DNA from: Candidatus Omnitrophota bacterium
Lineage (GTDB): Bacteria > Omnitrophota > Omnitrophia > Omnitrophales > Aquincolibacteriaceae
Length of the DNA: 64,000 bases
Direction of reading: 5' to 3'
Assembly (NCBI GenBank): GCA_903819565.1
Contig: CAIJDY010000030.1
Location: forward strand, 7,128-71,127
In this document: positions 18,372-28,286 of the stretch, in pieces
How positions within the stretch are numbered: the stretch's first letter is position 1
Layout: every line of letters begins with the position of its first letter
Program-made: the position numbers and the translations under genes
Notes under the pieces: generated by a model
Databases searched by the model: none
What the model was told of the DNA's origin: nothing
The model's input: only the letters and a program-made list of their open reading frames with translations

Positions 18372-19670
18372 TCAGCGGGGGACCGGAGGGCGGCGGTTTT
18401 TCTTCCGGTTCAGGATGTCACAGATCAGGAAGGCCACGACCGTCGCGATTAGGAGGGAAAGCGTCTTGTCGGCAATCTCGATGCAGAAGGTCTCGGAAAG
18501 AGACGCGGTGATCCGGCTGTGGATGAATTTGTGGAAGAAGTCGTAAACCGGGAGCGTGTTCACGTCGGGTTTGAGGCGGAAAACTGTGGCAACCGCCTGG
18601 ACGAGAAGGGCGTTGACGGCGCCGATCCCGATGCCGGCCGCGAGAAGTTTGTGTAACTTCCGTGGGCTGATCCATCCGAGACGCTCCAAAAGCCACGTCG
18701 CCGAAGCGATCCAGACACTGTTGAGCAGCCAGAACCAGGAAGTGGTTCCCCAGAAAGTGAACGCCATGAGGAGGTGGTAGAGGATCGCGGTAAAGATCCC
18801 GATCCAGAAACCGCCCAATAGCACGGCCAGGGAAGTCCCCCAGCTATCCAGGAAAAAAGGGAGATGCCATTTGATCAGCAGGACCGAAGCGCTGAAATTG
18901 AACAGCATCGCGCTCAACATGATCCCGAACGGCCGCTGCCGGAAAGGTTTGAAGAGAAAGTTCTCGACCGCCTCGATGTCTTCTTTGATCATTTCTTCCA
19001 TTTTGGAGTGGGGCTCGGGGTCTTGTTCGTGAATCCCGCTGATCGCGTTGATCAAACGGCCGATCAATACCGCCAGGTAAGTCACGCCGAGGATCATTTC
19101 CAGCGTCACGAAGCTCCGCACAAAAGGAGAGATTGCCGTGATGTCCCCGAAACCGGCGGTTGCTTGAACGACGAAACTGAAGTAGACGTATGTCGACATG
19201 AGACCCTGCCCTCCTCCCCGCGAAAAAAAGAAGGCGTTAGGCAGAAGCATTTCGGAAAGCCCGTAAATACAAGCGAAAAAGATCCCTATCAGGATGTACC
19301 CGCTGATGGCGCCGTAAAGTTCGTTAAGCGTCACATGCTTCACGGAAAGGACCTGCTTCAGGAGGACAATGCACGTGTAACCGATGAAAACGGTCATGCA
19401 GGTCAGGCCTGTGATTTTAATAAGCGGGTGATGTATAAAAACATACGTCCACTGGGTCAGGAAGCAGGGGATCGCGAACAGGACGCTCAAAGCGGTGTAG
19501 CGGAAATCATAGCTCATGGAGAAAATGGCCGCGACGAGGAGGCCGGTCAGGATCAGACGAAGGGCGATCTGCCCCAGCAGGGACTGTTCCAGCAAAGGGA
19601 GCAGGAGAATGTACCCGGTCAGCAGGATCAACAGCAAAAGATTGTTGTTCTTTTTGAACGGTTCGAACAT
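18372..19670 (-). CDS. Potassium-channel-like (Ion_trans_2) protein fused to an ECF S-component-like domain
   Basis: Pore signature YFSFVVQATAGFGDI; C-terminal LPFFLDSWGT..GG..IG and EIADKTLS motifs typical of S-components. Confidence 0.75.
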   Translation of the reverse strand: MFEPFKKNNNLLLLILLTGYILLLPLLEQSLLGQIALRLILTGLLVAAIFSMSYDFRYTALSVLFAIPCFLTQWTYVFIHHPLIKITGLTCMTVFIGYTCIVLLKQVLSVKHVTLNELYGAISGYILIGIFFACIYGLSEMLLPNAFFFSRGGGQGLMSTYVYFSFVVQATAGFGDITAISPFVRSFVTLEMILGVTYLAVLIGRLINAISGIHEQDPEPHSKMEEMIKEDIEAVENFLFKPFRQRPFGIMLSAMLFNFSASVLLIKWHLPFFLDSWGTSLAVLLGGFWIGIFTAILYHLLMAFTFWGTTSWFWLLNSVWIASATWLLERLGWISPRKLHKLLAAGIGIGAVNALLVQAVATVFRLKPDVNTLPVYDFFHKFIHSRITASLSETFCIEIADKTLSLLIATVVAFLICDILNRKKNRRPPVPR

Positions 19671-19768
19671 AGACCCCGCTTTTCTTTGGATGGACCGGTC
19701 CGGAAAAGATTAAACGTTTCCTTCTTTCGATGCAAATGAAAAAATGGTCGCGAGTTTTGGGATCCCGC

Positions 19769-20992
19769 TCAGGCGCGCGATGCGGGTGCCGGGGAGAGGT
19801 CCGGACGGAAATGCCAAAGTAGCCACCCGCAGCCGGAGGCCAGAACGCCGGTCCAGGCCCACCACGTCAACAGCCGGTGATGGATGAGGGCGCCGCTTAT
19901 GAAAGGCATGAGGATCTGGCTGATGGACATGAATGACTGCGTCATTCCCAACGCGATGCCCTGGCGGTGCCTTCCGGCTTTTTGCGTGATCAGGCTCGTC
20001 AGGCTTGGCCGCAGCACGGACATTCCGAAGAACATGACCGAAACGGCGGCCAGAAGGTTGGGAAGGTCAAAGGTCCCGCTGAGATAGACGAAACCAACCG
20101 CCATGAAAACAAATCCCGCCTGGACCAGGCGGGACTCCCCGAATTTTTTCACCAGCCGCCCGATCAATCCCCCCTGAATGATCATCCCGAGCAGGCCGAC
20201 ATAGGCAAAAACATAGCCGACCTCCTTCGTGCCGAAAGCGATCGCGTGATGAGTGTAGCGCCGTTCGGCAAAAAGAGCGAACCCGGAGAAGAAGATGCCG
20301 AAAGCGCAAATGAACGCGAAGAATTGCCATAGGAGAGAGCCGAGCTCCGGTTCTTTTAACAAGGCGAGAGAACTTTTCCAGTCCAGATGACGGGTTTTCG
20401 GAACGGTTGTCCCGGAGGAGACGGACTGCGCCGCAAGTTGGGCAGCTTTCTTGGAGGACGGCAGCAGCACGGAAGTGGCGACGATGCTCGCGGCCGAAAG
20501 TCCCGCGGCGGCGAAGATCGGGTATTGGTGTCCGAAATGGGCCAGCAAGCCGGCGAGCGCGGGCCCCACCAGGAATCCGAAACCGAAGGCGATGCCGATA
20601 AGGCCGAAAGATTTCGCCCTCTTTTCGGGTTCCGTGACGTCCGAGATATACGCCTGGGCCACGGAAATATTCCCCGCCGTGAGGCCGTCGATGACGCGGG
20701 AAATAAAAACGGGGAGCAGGCTCGTGGAGAAAGCAAGGATCAGGAAGCCGATGAGAGTTCCCCCTTGGCTCAGCAGAAGAACGGGTTTGCGGCCGATCCG
20801 GTCCGAGATCTGCCCGAGGACGGGGCCGGCGACGAACTGGCAGATGCCGTAGGAGGAAAGCAGCCAGCCAACCACCAGGGGCGTGGCGCCAAGTTGTTCG
20901 GCGTAAAAGGGCAGCAGCGGTAGAATGATCGTAAAACCCAGAATGTCGATCAGAACGATCAGAAAAATGGAAAAAAGGGGCGATCTTTTCAT
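19769..20992 (-). CDS. MFS transporter, TetA/DHA1 family
   Basis: DILGFTIILPLLP, GQISDRIGRKPVL, AQAYISDVT..RAK.FG. Confidence 0.93.
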   Translation of the reverse strand: MKRSPLFSIFLIVLIDILGFTIILPLLPFYAEQLGATPLVVGWLLSSYGICQFVAGPVLGQISDRIGRKPVLLLSQGGTLIGFLILAFSTSLLPVFISRVIDGLTAGNISVAQAYISDVTEPEKRAKSFGLIGIAFGFGFLVGPALAGLLAHFGHQYPIFAAAGLSAASIVATSVLLPSSKKAAQLAAQSVSSGTTVPKTRHLDWKSSLALLKEPELGSLLWQFFAFICAFGIFFSGFALFAERRYTHHAIAFGTKEVGYVFAYVGLLGMIIQGGLIGRLVKKFGESRLVQAGFVFMAVGFVYLSGTFDLPNLLAAVSVMFFGMSVLRPSLTSLITQKAGRHRQGIALGMTQSFMSISQILMPFISGALIHHRLLTWWAWTGVLASGCGWLLWHFRPDLSPAPASRA

Positions 20993-21113
20993 GAAAGGGA
21001 TAAGGCCTCGAAATTTCGTTCAGTATGGCGCTAATTTTTCAGGAACTCAACAAAAAAGGGCCGGCCTGAAATCGCGCTTGTCCGGATCCTTTTTTTAAAG
21101 TAAAACAGACTCC

Positions 21114-21890
21114 ATGATCCTGGCATTCAACAAACCTTACGGCGTGCTTTCCCAATTTACAGCCAAGGGAAGCTCCGCTCCCAAGAGCGGGGCTTCCTTG
21201 CAGTCCATCCGTCCCGCTGCCGGCGGGAAGGATGTGATTTATCCGCCACAAAGCGTTGGGGGATCTTCGCCAGAGGACGGATCCACCCAGAGAAGTGTGG
21301 CGGAAAATTCTCGCAGCAACTTGTGTACCGCAAGGTTGCGCGATCATTTGACGCAGCAGCAATCCGGGCAGCGGACGCTTGCCGCGTTCGGATTTCCGAA
21401 GCACGTTTACCCGATCGGCCGTCTTGACTGGGACAGCGAGGGGCTTCTTCTCCTGAGTGACGAGAAAGAATGGAACGATCTTTTGCTCCACCCCCGCCAT
21501 GCCCACGAGCGAACGTACCACGTCCAGGTGGAGGGGCTTATTTCGGAAGCAGCTCTGTCGCGGCTACGCGAGGGAGTGATGATCCAAAACAGGCGGACAA
21601 AACCTTGCAGCGTGAAAATCCTGAAAGATCCCCGATACCCGCCGCGTTGTCCGCCCATCCGTTTCCGTTTATCGGTCCCCACTTGCTGGATCGAGCTTAA
21701 GCTGATCGAAGGGAAGAACCGGCAGGTGCGGCGCATGACGGCCGCGGTGGGTTTTCCCACGCTTCGTCTGATCCGTACGGCGATCGGCGCGTACGCTTCG
21801 GGAGATCTTCCGGAAGGAAAGTGGCGTGAATTGGGAATTTCTCAGAGGCAGCTGCTAACAGGGGGAGGAAGGGCCCGAAAAGTCAGCTGA
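21114..21890 (+). CDS. rluE: rRNA pseudouridine synthase (RsuA/RluE family) with a 64-aa in-frame insertion
   Basis: FNKPYGVLSQF, GRLDWDSEGLLL, PPIRFR, EGKNRQVRRMTAAVGFPTLRLIR. Confidence 0.9.
   Translation: MILAFNKPYGVLSQFTAKGSSAPKSGASLQSIRPAAGGKDVIYPPQSVGGSSPEDGSTQRSVAENSRSNLCTARLRDHLTQQQSGQRTLAAFGFPKHVYPIGRLDWDSEGLLLLSDEKEWNDLLLHPRHAHERTYHVQVEGLISEAALSRLREGVMIQNRRTKPCSVKILKDPRYPPRCPPIRFRLSVPTCWIELKLIEGKNRQVRRMTAAVGFPTLRLIRTAIGAYASGDLPEGKWRELGISQRQLLTGGGRARKVS
21162..21353. repeat. Four consecutive stem-loops inserted in frame in rluE
   Basis: caagggaagctccgctc/gagcggggcttccttg; catcc.tcccgc/gcggga.ggatg; tccgccaca/tgtggcgga with inner stems; tcgc.gcaacttg/caaggttgc.gcga. Confidence 0.85.
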
Positions 21891-21947
21891 GTTTTTGGCG
21901 AAATGCGCCGTTACTTGGATGACGCGTTTTTGAACAAAGAGGAGGCC

Positions 21948-23912
21948 ATGGCATTGCAGTTCAAGGGAGCGTTTTTTTCGCGAGCGATGGAGAAGGGGCT
22001 GTTTTTTATTGCTCTTTTGTTCGCCTTTGCGATCGGTGTCCCGTGGATGCCTGATTTTTCCATTACGGGACTGGATCCGTCCTGGAGATTGTCGCTCCAC
22101 TATTTCTTCGAGCACGGGTACGTTTTTGGAAAAGACATCATTTTCACCTACGGCCCTTACGGTTTTATCACCACCTGCACTTATTATCCCGCCACCTATC
22201 AGATCTTGTTCTTCGCATATTTCTTTTTTGTGGCGGTCTACGCAGTCGTGAGCTGGAACCTTTTCAAGAGGGCTATCAGGAGCCCTTGGGGCGTTTTTTT
22301 TGCGGTACTTGGGGCGTCCCTTCTTTGGGCGCCGTTCCCGGAAAATTTTTTTTCGGGAGACACCTTTTTTTATTCCTGCGGGATTTTGTTTTTTACGTCC
22401 TATCTCGCGGAAATTGACGAGCCTTACCGGCCGAGAAATTTTTTTCTTGTTGGAATCCTGGCGGCTTCCAGCCTGATGAAATACAGTTTTTTTATTTGGG
22501 CGCTCGGTCTTCTCTTCTTCGTCAGTCTGGACGGGATCCTTTTCAGGAAGAAAGTCCCGTTCTTATTCCTTTGGTATTGGGGGGTTCTCGGGGGCCTTTG
22601 GGTCCTAGCGAAACAGCCGTTAGCGGGTTTGGGCGCTTTTCTTTTGAACGGGGCCCGGATGGCGCAATATTACGGTTCGGCGATGAGCTTTGTTTTGACC
22701 TCCTACCAGCTTAAGCTTGTTATTTATCTTGTCTTTACACTGTTTTTTTTGGCGGTTTTTTATGTCGCCCAGCGGCAGCGGATGGGCCGGCGCGCCCTTT
22801 TACCGTCGCTCACTCTGGCGGCCATGGGGTTCTTGATTTTTCGGGCCTCTTTTACGCGTCCCGATCACTACGTTCTTGCCATGAGTTATAGCGCGATTTT
22901 GGCGATCTATTTGATCCCTTTCATCGCGGAAGTCCTCAAATCGAAGGTTTGGAAAGTTTTTCTTATCATGTTGTTGATGGCAGCGCTGGGCCTGGGTTAT
23001 TCCGCCTGCCTGAAGCCTTTGGCGCCCTCATTCTCCAAGCTCGCCGGCAGGATCGGGAACTCCATCTTGAGAATACCTTACTGCACGTTCCGGGAGTCAC
23101 GTTTTTTGCCACGGCCCAAAGATTTGCAGGCGCGCTATGAAAATATCCGGGGAGCCATCCGGTGGACGGATCCGATGCCGCAGCTTTTCGGGACCGTGGA
23201 CGCCTATCCCTACGACAGCACCGGGTTGATCGCCTGGAACCTTTCGTACAAACCCCGGCCGGTTTTTCAAAGTTATGCCGCGTACACTCCCTTTTTGTCC
23301 CGGAAAAATGCGGACCATTTTAAAAGTTCCAACGCGCCGGAATTTCTTATTTTCGGACCGAACGTTACGGAAGACGGCAAGCCCGTCGATGCCCGTTATC
23401 CGACGCTGGACGACAGTCTGTCTTTGCCCGAGATCCTGAGCCGTTACGATTTACTGGCGACTCTTCGTGGGAAAGCCCTGTTGAAAAAAACCCCCGTCCC
23501 GCGGCCTTACGCACTTCCGTTGATCGAAAAAGTAACGGCGGAGTTCGGGAAACCCATTCCCGTTCCCGGCTTTGACAAAAACCCCGTCTGGGTCGAAATT
23601 GACATTGAGCCGACATGGTGGGGCAGGATCTTTGAATTTCTCGGCAGGGCGGGGAGGGTTTTGATCACTGTCCGGGCTTTGAACGGCACCGCGCATGCCT
23701 ACGAACTGCCTCCGGTGATGGCCCGAACGGGATTTTTACTTTCTCCTCTATTGGACGACGCTGGCGGGTTTATCGATTTTTGGACGCGTCATTTTGAAAA
23801 CTCGGGATTGCTTCAAAAGGAAGTGGTGGGATTGACTCTTGAGGTGCCATCCTCCTACCGAGGGTTCTTTGCTTCAAGGTTCCTGGTCCGTTTTTTCGAA
23901 TATAAGACCTGA
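21948..23912 (+). CDS. Polytopic membrane protein, putative GT-C-type glycosyltransferase (paralog 1)
   Basis: GGAGG RBS; GLDPSW...FGKDIIFTYGPYGF after TM1, many TM helices, soluble C-terminus with RPVFQSYAAYTP and DARYPTLD; next to sugar genes. Confidence 0.6.
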   Translation: MALQFKGAFFSRAMEKGLFFIALLFAFAIGVPWMPDFSITGLDPSWRLSLHYFFEHGYVFGKDIIFTYGPYGFITTCTYYPATYQILFFAYFFFVAVYAVVSWNLFKRAIRSPWGVFFAVLGASLLWAPFPENFFSGDTFFYSCGILFFTSYLAEIDEPYRPRNFFLVGILAASSLMKYSFFIWALGLLFFVSLDGILFRKKVPFLFLWYWGVLGGLWVLAKQPLAGLGAFLLNGARMAQYYGSAMSFVLTSYQLKLVIYLVFTLFFLAVFYVAQRQRMGRRALLPSLTLAAMGFLIFRASFTRPDHYVLAMSYSAILAIYLIPFIAEVLKSKVWKVFLIMLLMAALGLGYSACLKPLAPSFSKLAGRIGNSILRIPYCTFRESRFLPRPKDLQARYENIRGAIRWTDPMPQLFGTVDAYPYDSTGLIAWNLSYKPRPVFQSYAAYTPFLSRKNADHFKSSNAPEFLIFGPNVTEDGKPVDARYPTLDDSLSLPEILSRYDLLATLRGKALLKKTPVPRPYALPLIEKVTAEFGKPIPVPGFDKNPVWVEIDIEPTWWGRIFEFLGRAGRVLITVRALNGTAHAYELPPVMARTGFLLSPLLDDAGGFIDFWTRHFENSGLLQKEVVGLTLEVPSSYRGFFASRFLVRFFEYKT

Positions 23913-24027
23913 AGGGGATCCCTGTATCCGAGGGGCGGACGTAACCGTTCGACAGCATCCTGCGGGGGATGAAGTTTTGTATGGGAAACAATAGAACGAC
24001 GGGCTGTTTTCCGGAAAAAAGGTAGCC

Positions 24028-25989
24028 ATGGTGTTTCAGCCCAAAGGATCGATCGTAGCGCGAGGGATAGAAACCGCGTTGTTTTTCATTTCTCTCTTGG
24101 TCGCTTCCGCGGTCTTTATCCCGTGGAAGCCTAATTTTTCCATGATGGGACTGGACCCATCCTGGATGCTGTCGCTCCACTATTTTTTTGAACACGGGCA
24201 CGTTTTCGGGAAAGATATTATTTTCACCTATGGGCCTTACGGGTTTATCAGCACCTACCTTTATTATCCTGCCACTTACCAGATCATGGTTTTCGCGTAT
24301 CTTTTTTTTACCGTTGTTTATACCGCTGCGGGCTGGAATATCCTCCGGAAGGAGATCAAGCACAAGGGGGGCGTTTTCTGTGCCGTCCTTGCCGCGACTT
24401 TTTTTTTGGCACCGGCCCCCCATAACTTTTATGCGGGAGATATCTTCTTCTATTCTTGTGGGGTCCTTTTTTTCGCGTCCTATCTCGCGGAGAGCGATAA
24501 GCCTTACCGGTGGAGAAATTTTTTTCTTGTCGGAGTCCTGGCGGTCATCAGCTTGATGAAATACAGTTTTTTTATTTGGGCGGTCGGGCTACTTTTCTTT
24601 GTAAGTTTGGACGGGATCATTTTCAAGAAAAGATGGCCGTACTTATTTCTTTTGTACGGGGGATTTCTCGTTGCGTTCTGGGTTCTCGCGAAGCAACCGT
24701 TGGAGGGTCTTGGGGCCTTTTTCCTGACAGGGGCCCACATGGCACGGTATTACGGTTCCGCGATGGGCACTTCCTCGTCGCTCCATGATCCTCGTCTTGT
24801 TTTTTATATGATCCTTTCGTTATTGCTCACGACGGTTTTTTACATCGCCCAACAGCGGCGGACGGGACCCCGGGCCATTCTACCGTCCCTGACCTTGGCG
24901 GCCATGGCGTTCCTGATCTATCGCGCCTCTTTCACGCGGGACCACAGCATCATTGCCATGAGCTATCTCGCGGTTTTGGCGGTCTACCTGGTCCCGTTTT
25001 TAAATACGGCCCTGGGTGGCAGGGGATGGAAAATATTATGGGCAGTTCTTTTGGTGGTGACTTTTACGTTCGCCTATCTTTACAGCATCAGACCTTTCAC
25101 GCCTTCTTTCTCAGGGCTCGCTGGAAAGATCTGGAGTTCTTTTTCCAAGATGCCTCACTACACGTTCGTGGAATCACGTTTTTTGCCTCGCCCCAAGGAC
25201 CTGCAACTGCGCTACGAGGAGGTCCGGAAACTCGTCCGGGGGGACAATGCCGTCCCGCAGCTTTCGGGAACTGTAGATACCTATCCGTACGACAGCACCG
25301 GACTGATCGCGCAAGACCTTTCGTACAGGCCGAGGCCGGTTTTTCAAAGCTATGCTGCGTATACGCCATTTCTATCCCAAAAAAACGCCGATTATTTAAA
25401 AAGTCCGAGGGCTCCGGAATTTCTTGTCTTTGGGCCGAACGTCACGGCTGACGGCAAACCCATTGATGCCCGTTACCCGACGCTGGACGACAGTCTTTCT
25501 TTGCCTGAAATCATGAGCCGTTATGATTTTCTGGCCGCTCTTTACGAGAAGGCCCTGTTGCGAAAAACCCTCGTTCCGCGGCCTTATTCGTTCATATTAA
25601 TCGAAAAAGTTACCGCGGAATTCGGGGAGACGATCCCGGTTCCTCATTTCGATGAGGGGCCTATCTGGGTGGAAATTGAAATCAAAAAAACATGGCTGGG
25701 AGAATGGGGCGCGTTTCTGGGCCGGGCCGGGAGAGCCGGGATCGCCGTCAGGGCTCTGGACGGGAAAACTTATACTTACGACCTGCCTTCCGAAATGTCC
25801 CGAACAGGGTTCCTGCTTTCCCCCGTTCTGGACGACCCCGGCGGGTTTATCGCTTTTTGGACGCGTCATTTTAATCATGCCGGGCTTTCCCATAAGGGGG
25901 TGTTTGAATTCAAGCTTGAAGTCCCGGCTTCTTGCGGCCGGTTTTTTTCTTCGAAGATCGAAATCCGTTTTTTTAAGTATATAATTTAA
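24028..25989 (+). CDS. Polytopic membrane protein, putative GT-C-type glycosyltransferase (paralog 2)
   Basis: Colinear, highly similar tandem paralog of 21948..23912. Confidence 0.6.
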   Translation: MVFQPKGSIVARGIETALFFISLLVASAVFIPWKPNFSMMGLDPSWMLSLHYFFEHGHVFGKDIIFTYGPYGFISTYLYYPATYQIMVFAYLFFTVVYTAAGWNILRKEIKHKGGVFCAVLAATFFLAPAPHNFYAGDIFFYSCGVLFFASYLAESDKPYRWRNFFLVGVLAVISLMKYSFFIWAVGLLFFVSLDGIIFKKRWPYLFLLYGGFLVAFWVLAKQPLEGLGAFFLTGAHMARYYGSAMGTSSSLHDPRLVFYMILSLLLTTVFYIAQQRRTGPRAILPSLTLAAMAFLIYRASFTRDHSIIAMSYLAVLAVYLVPFLNTALGGRGWKILWAVLLVVTFTFAYLYSIRPFTPSFSGLAGKIWSSFSKMPHYTFVESRFLPRPKDLQLRYEEVRKLVRGDNAVPQLSGTVDTYPYDSTGLIAQDLSYRPRPVFQSYAAYTPFLSQKNADYLKSPRAPEFLVFGPNVTADGKPIDARYPTLDDSLSLPEIMSRYDFLAALYEKALLRKTLVPRPYSFILIEKVTAEFGETIPVPHFDEGPIWVEIEIKKTWLGEWGAFLGRAGRAGIAVRALDGKTYTYDLPSEMSRTGFLLSPVLDDPGGFIAFWTRHFNHAGLSHKGVFEFKLEVPASCGRFFSSKIEIRFFKYII

Positions 25990-26070
25990 AGGGACACTTG
26001 TATTCGAAGACCAAACGTAATAGTTTGATAGTGTTCTCGCGGGGTTTCACCGTGGGAAAAGGAGACGGGT

Positions 26071-27267
26071 ATGGACCAGTACCAATATGATGTGTGTGTC
26101 ATCGGAGGCTGCGGGCACGTCGGGTTGCCGCTAGCGATCGCTTTCGCGAACGCGGGGAAAAAGGTTTCGATCTACGACGCGTCCGAGAAGAACGTCATGA
26201 CCGTGCGCCAGGGGACGATGCCTTTCGAAGAAGAAGGCGCTGAGGTCCTCCTCAAAAAGAATCTCGGGAAAAATCTTTTTGTTTTTTCCGACGACGCCGT
26301 GATCCGGGAAAGCCGTTTCCTGATCGTCGTCATCGGGACGCCGACCGACCGCCACCTGAATCCCGAATTCACGAAGTTCAAAGGCCTTTTCGAAGGGATC
26401 ATCGATCTGATTCGGGACGACCAACATGTCATTTTGAGAAGCACGGTGTTTCCCGGCACGAGCGACAATATCCGGACGTATCTAAAGGAAAAAGGAAAGG
26501 CCCCGCGGGTATCGTTCTGCCCCGAGAGGATCCTGCAGGGCAAGGCGATGGAAGAGCTTTGTTCGCTCCCGCAGATCATCGGCGCCTACGACGACGCTTC
26601 CTGGGAAGACGCGAAAGCGCTGTTCCTGTTATTGGCGCCGGAGGTCGTGCGTCTCACGCCGCTGGAAGCGGAGATCTCAAAACTCTTCACGAACGTCTGG
26701 CGCTACATCCAGTTCTCGATCGGCAACCAGTTCTACCAGATCGCGACGGAACACGACCTCGATTTTTACAAGATCTACAACGCGTTGACCCACCATTACC
26801 CCCGGGCCAAGGATTTCGCGCGCGCGGGTTTCGCCGCGGGGCCGTGTCTTTTCAAGGACACCGCCCAGATGGTCGCTTATACCGGCAACACGTTCTTCCT
26901 CGGGAATGCGGCCATCCTGCTGAATGAAGGACTGCCCAACTTCATCGTCAAAAGGCTGCATGACAAACATGCGCTCTCCGCGAAAACCATCGGGATCCTC
27001 GGCATGACCTTCAAGGCGAACATCGACGACAAAAGGGACTCTCTTTCCTACAAATTGAAGAACATCCTGGAGGTCGAAGCGAAAAAAGTGCTGTGCTCGG
27101 ATGTTTATGTTCACGAGGAAGGTTTTGTTTCTCCGGAAGTTTTGATCCGGGATTCCGACATCGTGGTCGTGGGCGCGCCGCACAGGGAATATGCCGGCCT
27201 GCGGATCCCCGAGGAGAAGGTCCTGGTCGATACCTGGAATTTCTTCGGCCGCGGAGGGCTGTTCTGA
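26071..27267 (+). CDS. Nucleotide-sugar dehydrogenase (UDP-glucose/GDP-mannose dehydrogenase family)
   Basis: VIGGCGHVGLP, LRSTVFPG, CPER, GPCLFKD, GMTFK. Confidence 0.93.
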   Translation: MDQYQYDVCVIGGCGHVGLPLAIAFANAGKKVSIYDASEKNVMTVRQGTMPFEEEGAEVLLKKNLGKNLFVFSDDAVIRESRFLIVVIGTPTDRHLNPEFTKFKGLFEGIIDLIRDDQHVILRSTVFPGTSDNIRTYLKEKGKAPRVSFCPERILQGKAMEELCSLPQIIGAYDDASWEDAKALFLLLAPEVVRLTPLEAEISKLFTNVWRYIQFSIGNQFYQIATEHDLDFYKIYNALTHHYPRAKDFARAGFAAGPCLFKDTAQMVAYTGNTFFLGNAAILLNEGLPNFIVKRLHDKHALSAKTIGILGMTFKANIDDKRDSLSYKLKNILEVEAKKVLCSDVYVHEEGFVSPEVLIRDSDIVVVGAPHREYAGLRIPEEKVLVDTWNFFGRGGLF

Positions 27268-28286
27268 TGCGCATCCTGGTCACGGGGGCGGCGGGATTCA
27301 TCGCGGGCTATCTGGTCGAGGACCTTTTAAAACACGGTCACGCGGTCGTAGGCATCGACAACTTTTCCAAGTACGGGAAGGTCGGGAAGAGTTATGACAA
27401 CCACCCGCAGTACCGGTTCGTTCAGGGGGACGCGAAAGATGCGGCGCTTCTCACGGAACTGGCCTCGGATTGCGATCAGATCGTGGCGTGCGCGGCGATC
27501 ATCGGAGGCATTTCGCTTTTCCATGAATACGCGTACGATCTTCTAGCCGAGAACGAAAGGATCCTTGCCGCGACTTTTGACGCGGCGATCAGCGCTTTCC
27601 GGAACAAAAAACTGAAGAAGATCAACGTCCTGTCGTCTTCGATGGTCTTTGAAAGTACCACGACGTACCCGACGCCCGAAGGGGAGCAGATGCGGTGCCC
27701 GCCGCCGTTATCGACCTACGGGTTCCAGAAACTCGCGTGCGAATACTTCGCCAAGGGCGCGTGGGAACAATACCAGCTGCCTTACACGATCGTCCGTCCT
27801 TTCAACTGCATTGGGATCGGGGAGAAGAGGGCGCTCTGCGACAAGGAGATCTTGTCGGGGAACGTGAAACTGGCGATGAGCCACGTGGTTCCGGACCTTG
27901 TCCAAAAGGTCCTGAAAGGACAGGCGCCGCTGCACATTCTTGGCGACGGCAGCCAGATCCGTCACTACACCTACGGAGGCGATCTCGCGCGCGGTATCCG
28001 GCTGTGCGTCGAAAACGACAAGGCCCTCAATGAGGATTTCAATCTTTCCACGCCCGCGTCGACCACGGTGCTCGAGCTCGCCCGGTTGATCTGGAAAAAG
28101 ATCCGCGGCAACGAGCCTTTCCGGTTCGTGTCGGACCCGCCTTTCCAGTACGATGTTCAAAAAAGGGTCCCGGACGTCACAAAGGCCAGGAAAGTTCTGG
28201 GTTTTGAAGCGACGACTTCTCTTGAGGACGCTCTTGATGAGATCATTCCGTGGATCCAGCAGCAAATAGAGGCCAGAGGCATATGA
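27267..28286 (+). CDS. NAD-dependent epimerase/dehydratase (extended SDR)
   Basis: ATG overlapping the upstream stop; VTGAAGFI, SSS, YGFQK, RPFN. Confidence 0.93.
   Translation: MRILVTGAAGFIAGYLVEDLLKHGHAVVGIDNFSKYGKVGKSYDNHPQYRFVQGDAKDAALLTELASDCDQIVACAAIIGGISLFHEYAYDLLAENERILAATFDAAISAFRNKKLKKINVLSSSMVFESTTTYPTPEGEQMRCPPPLSTYGFQKLACEYFAKGAWEQYQLPYTIVRPFNCIGIGEKRALCDKEILSGNVKLAMSHVVPDLVQKVLKGQAPLHILGDGSQIRHYTYGGDLARGIRLCVENDKALNEDFNLSTPASTTVLELARLIWKKIRGNEPFRFVSDPPFQYDVQKRVPDVTKARKVLGFEATTSLEDALDEIIPWIQQQIEARGI

Noticed and set aside
21052-21096. Terminator-like A-tract/stem/T-tract between divergent MFS and rluE genes
   Set aside because: Large loop, imperfect stem, and no gene ends here
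21162-21353. Intein or canonical group I/II intron in rluE
   Set aside because: No C/S...HN-C/S/T splice motifs, no recognisable P7 or domain V, and too short
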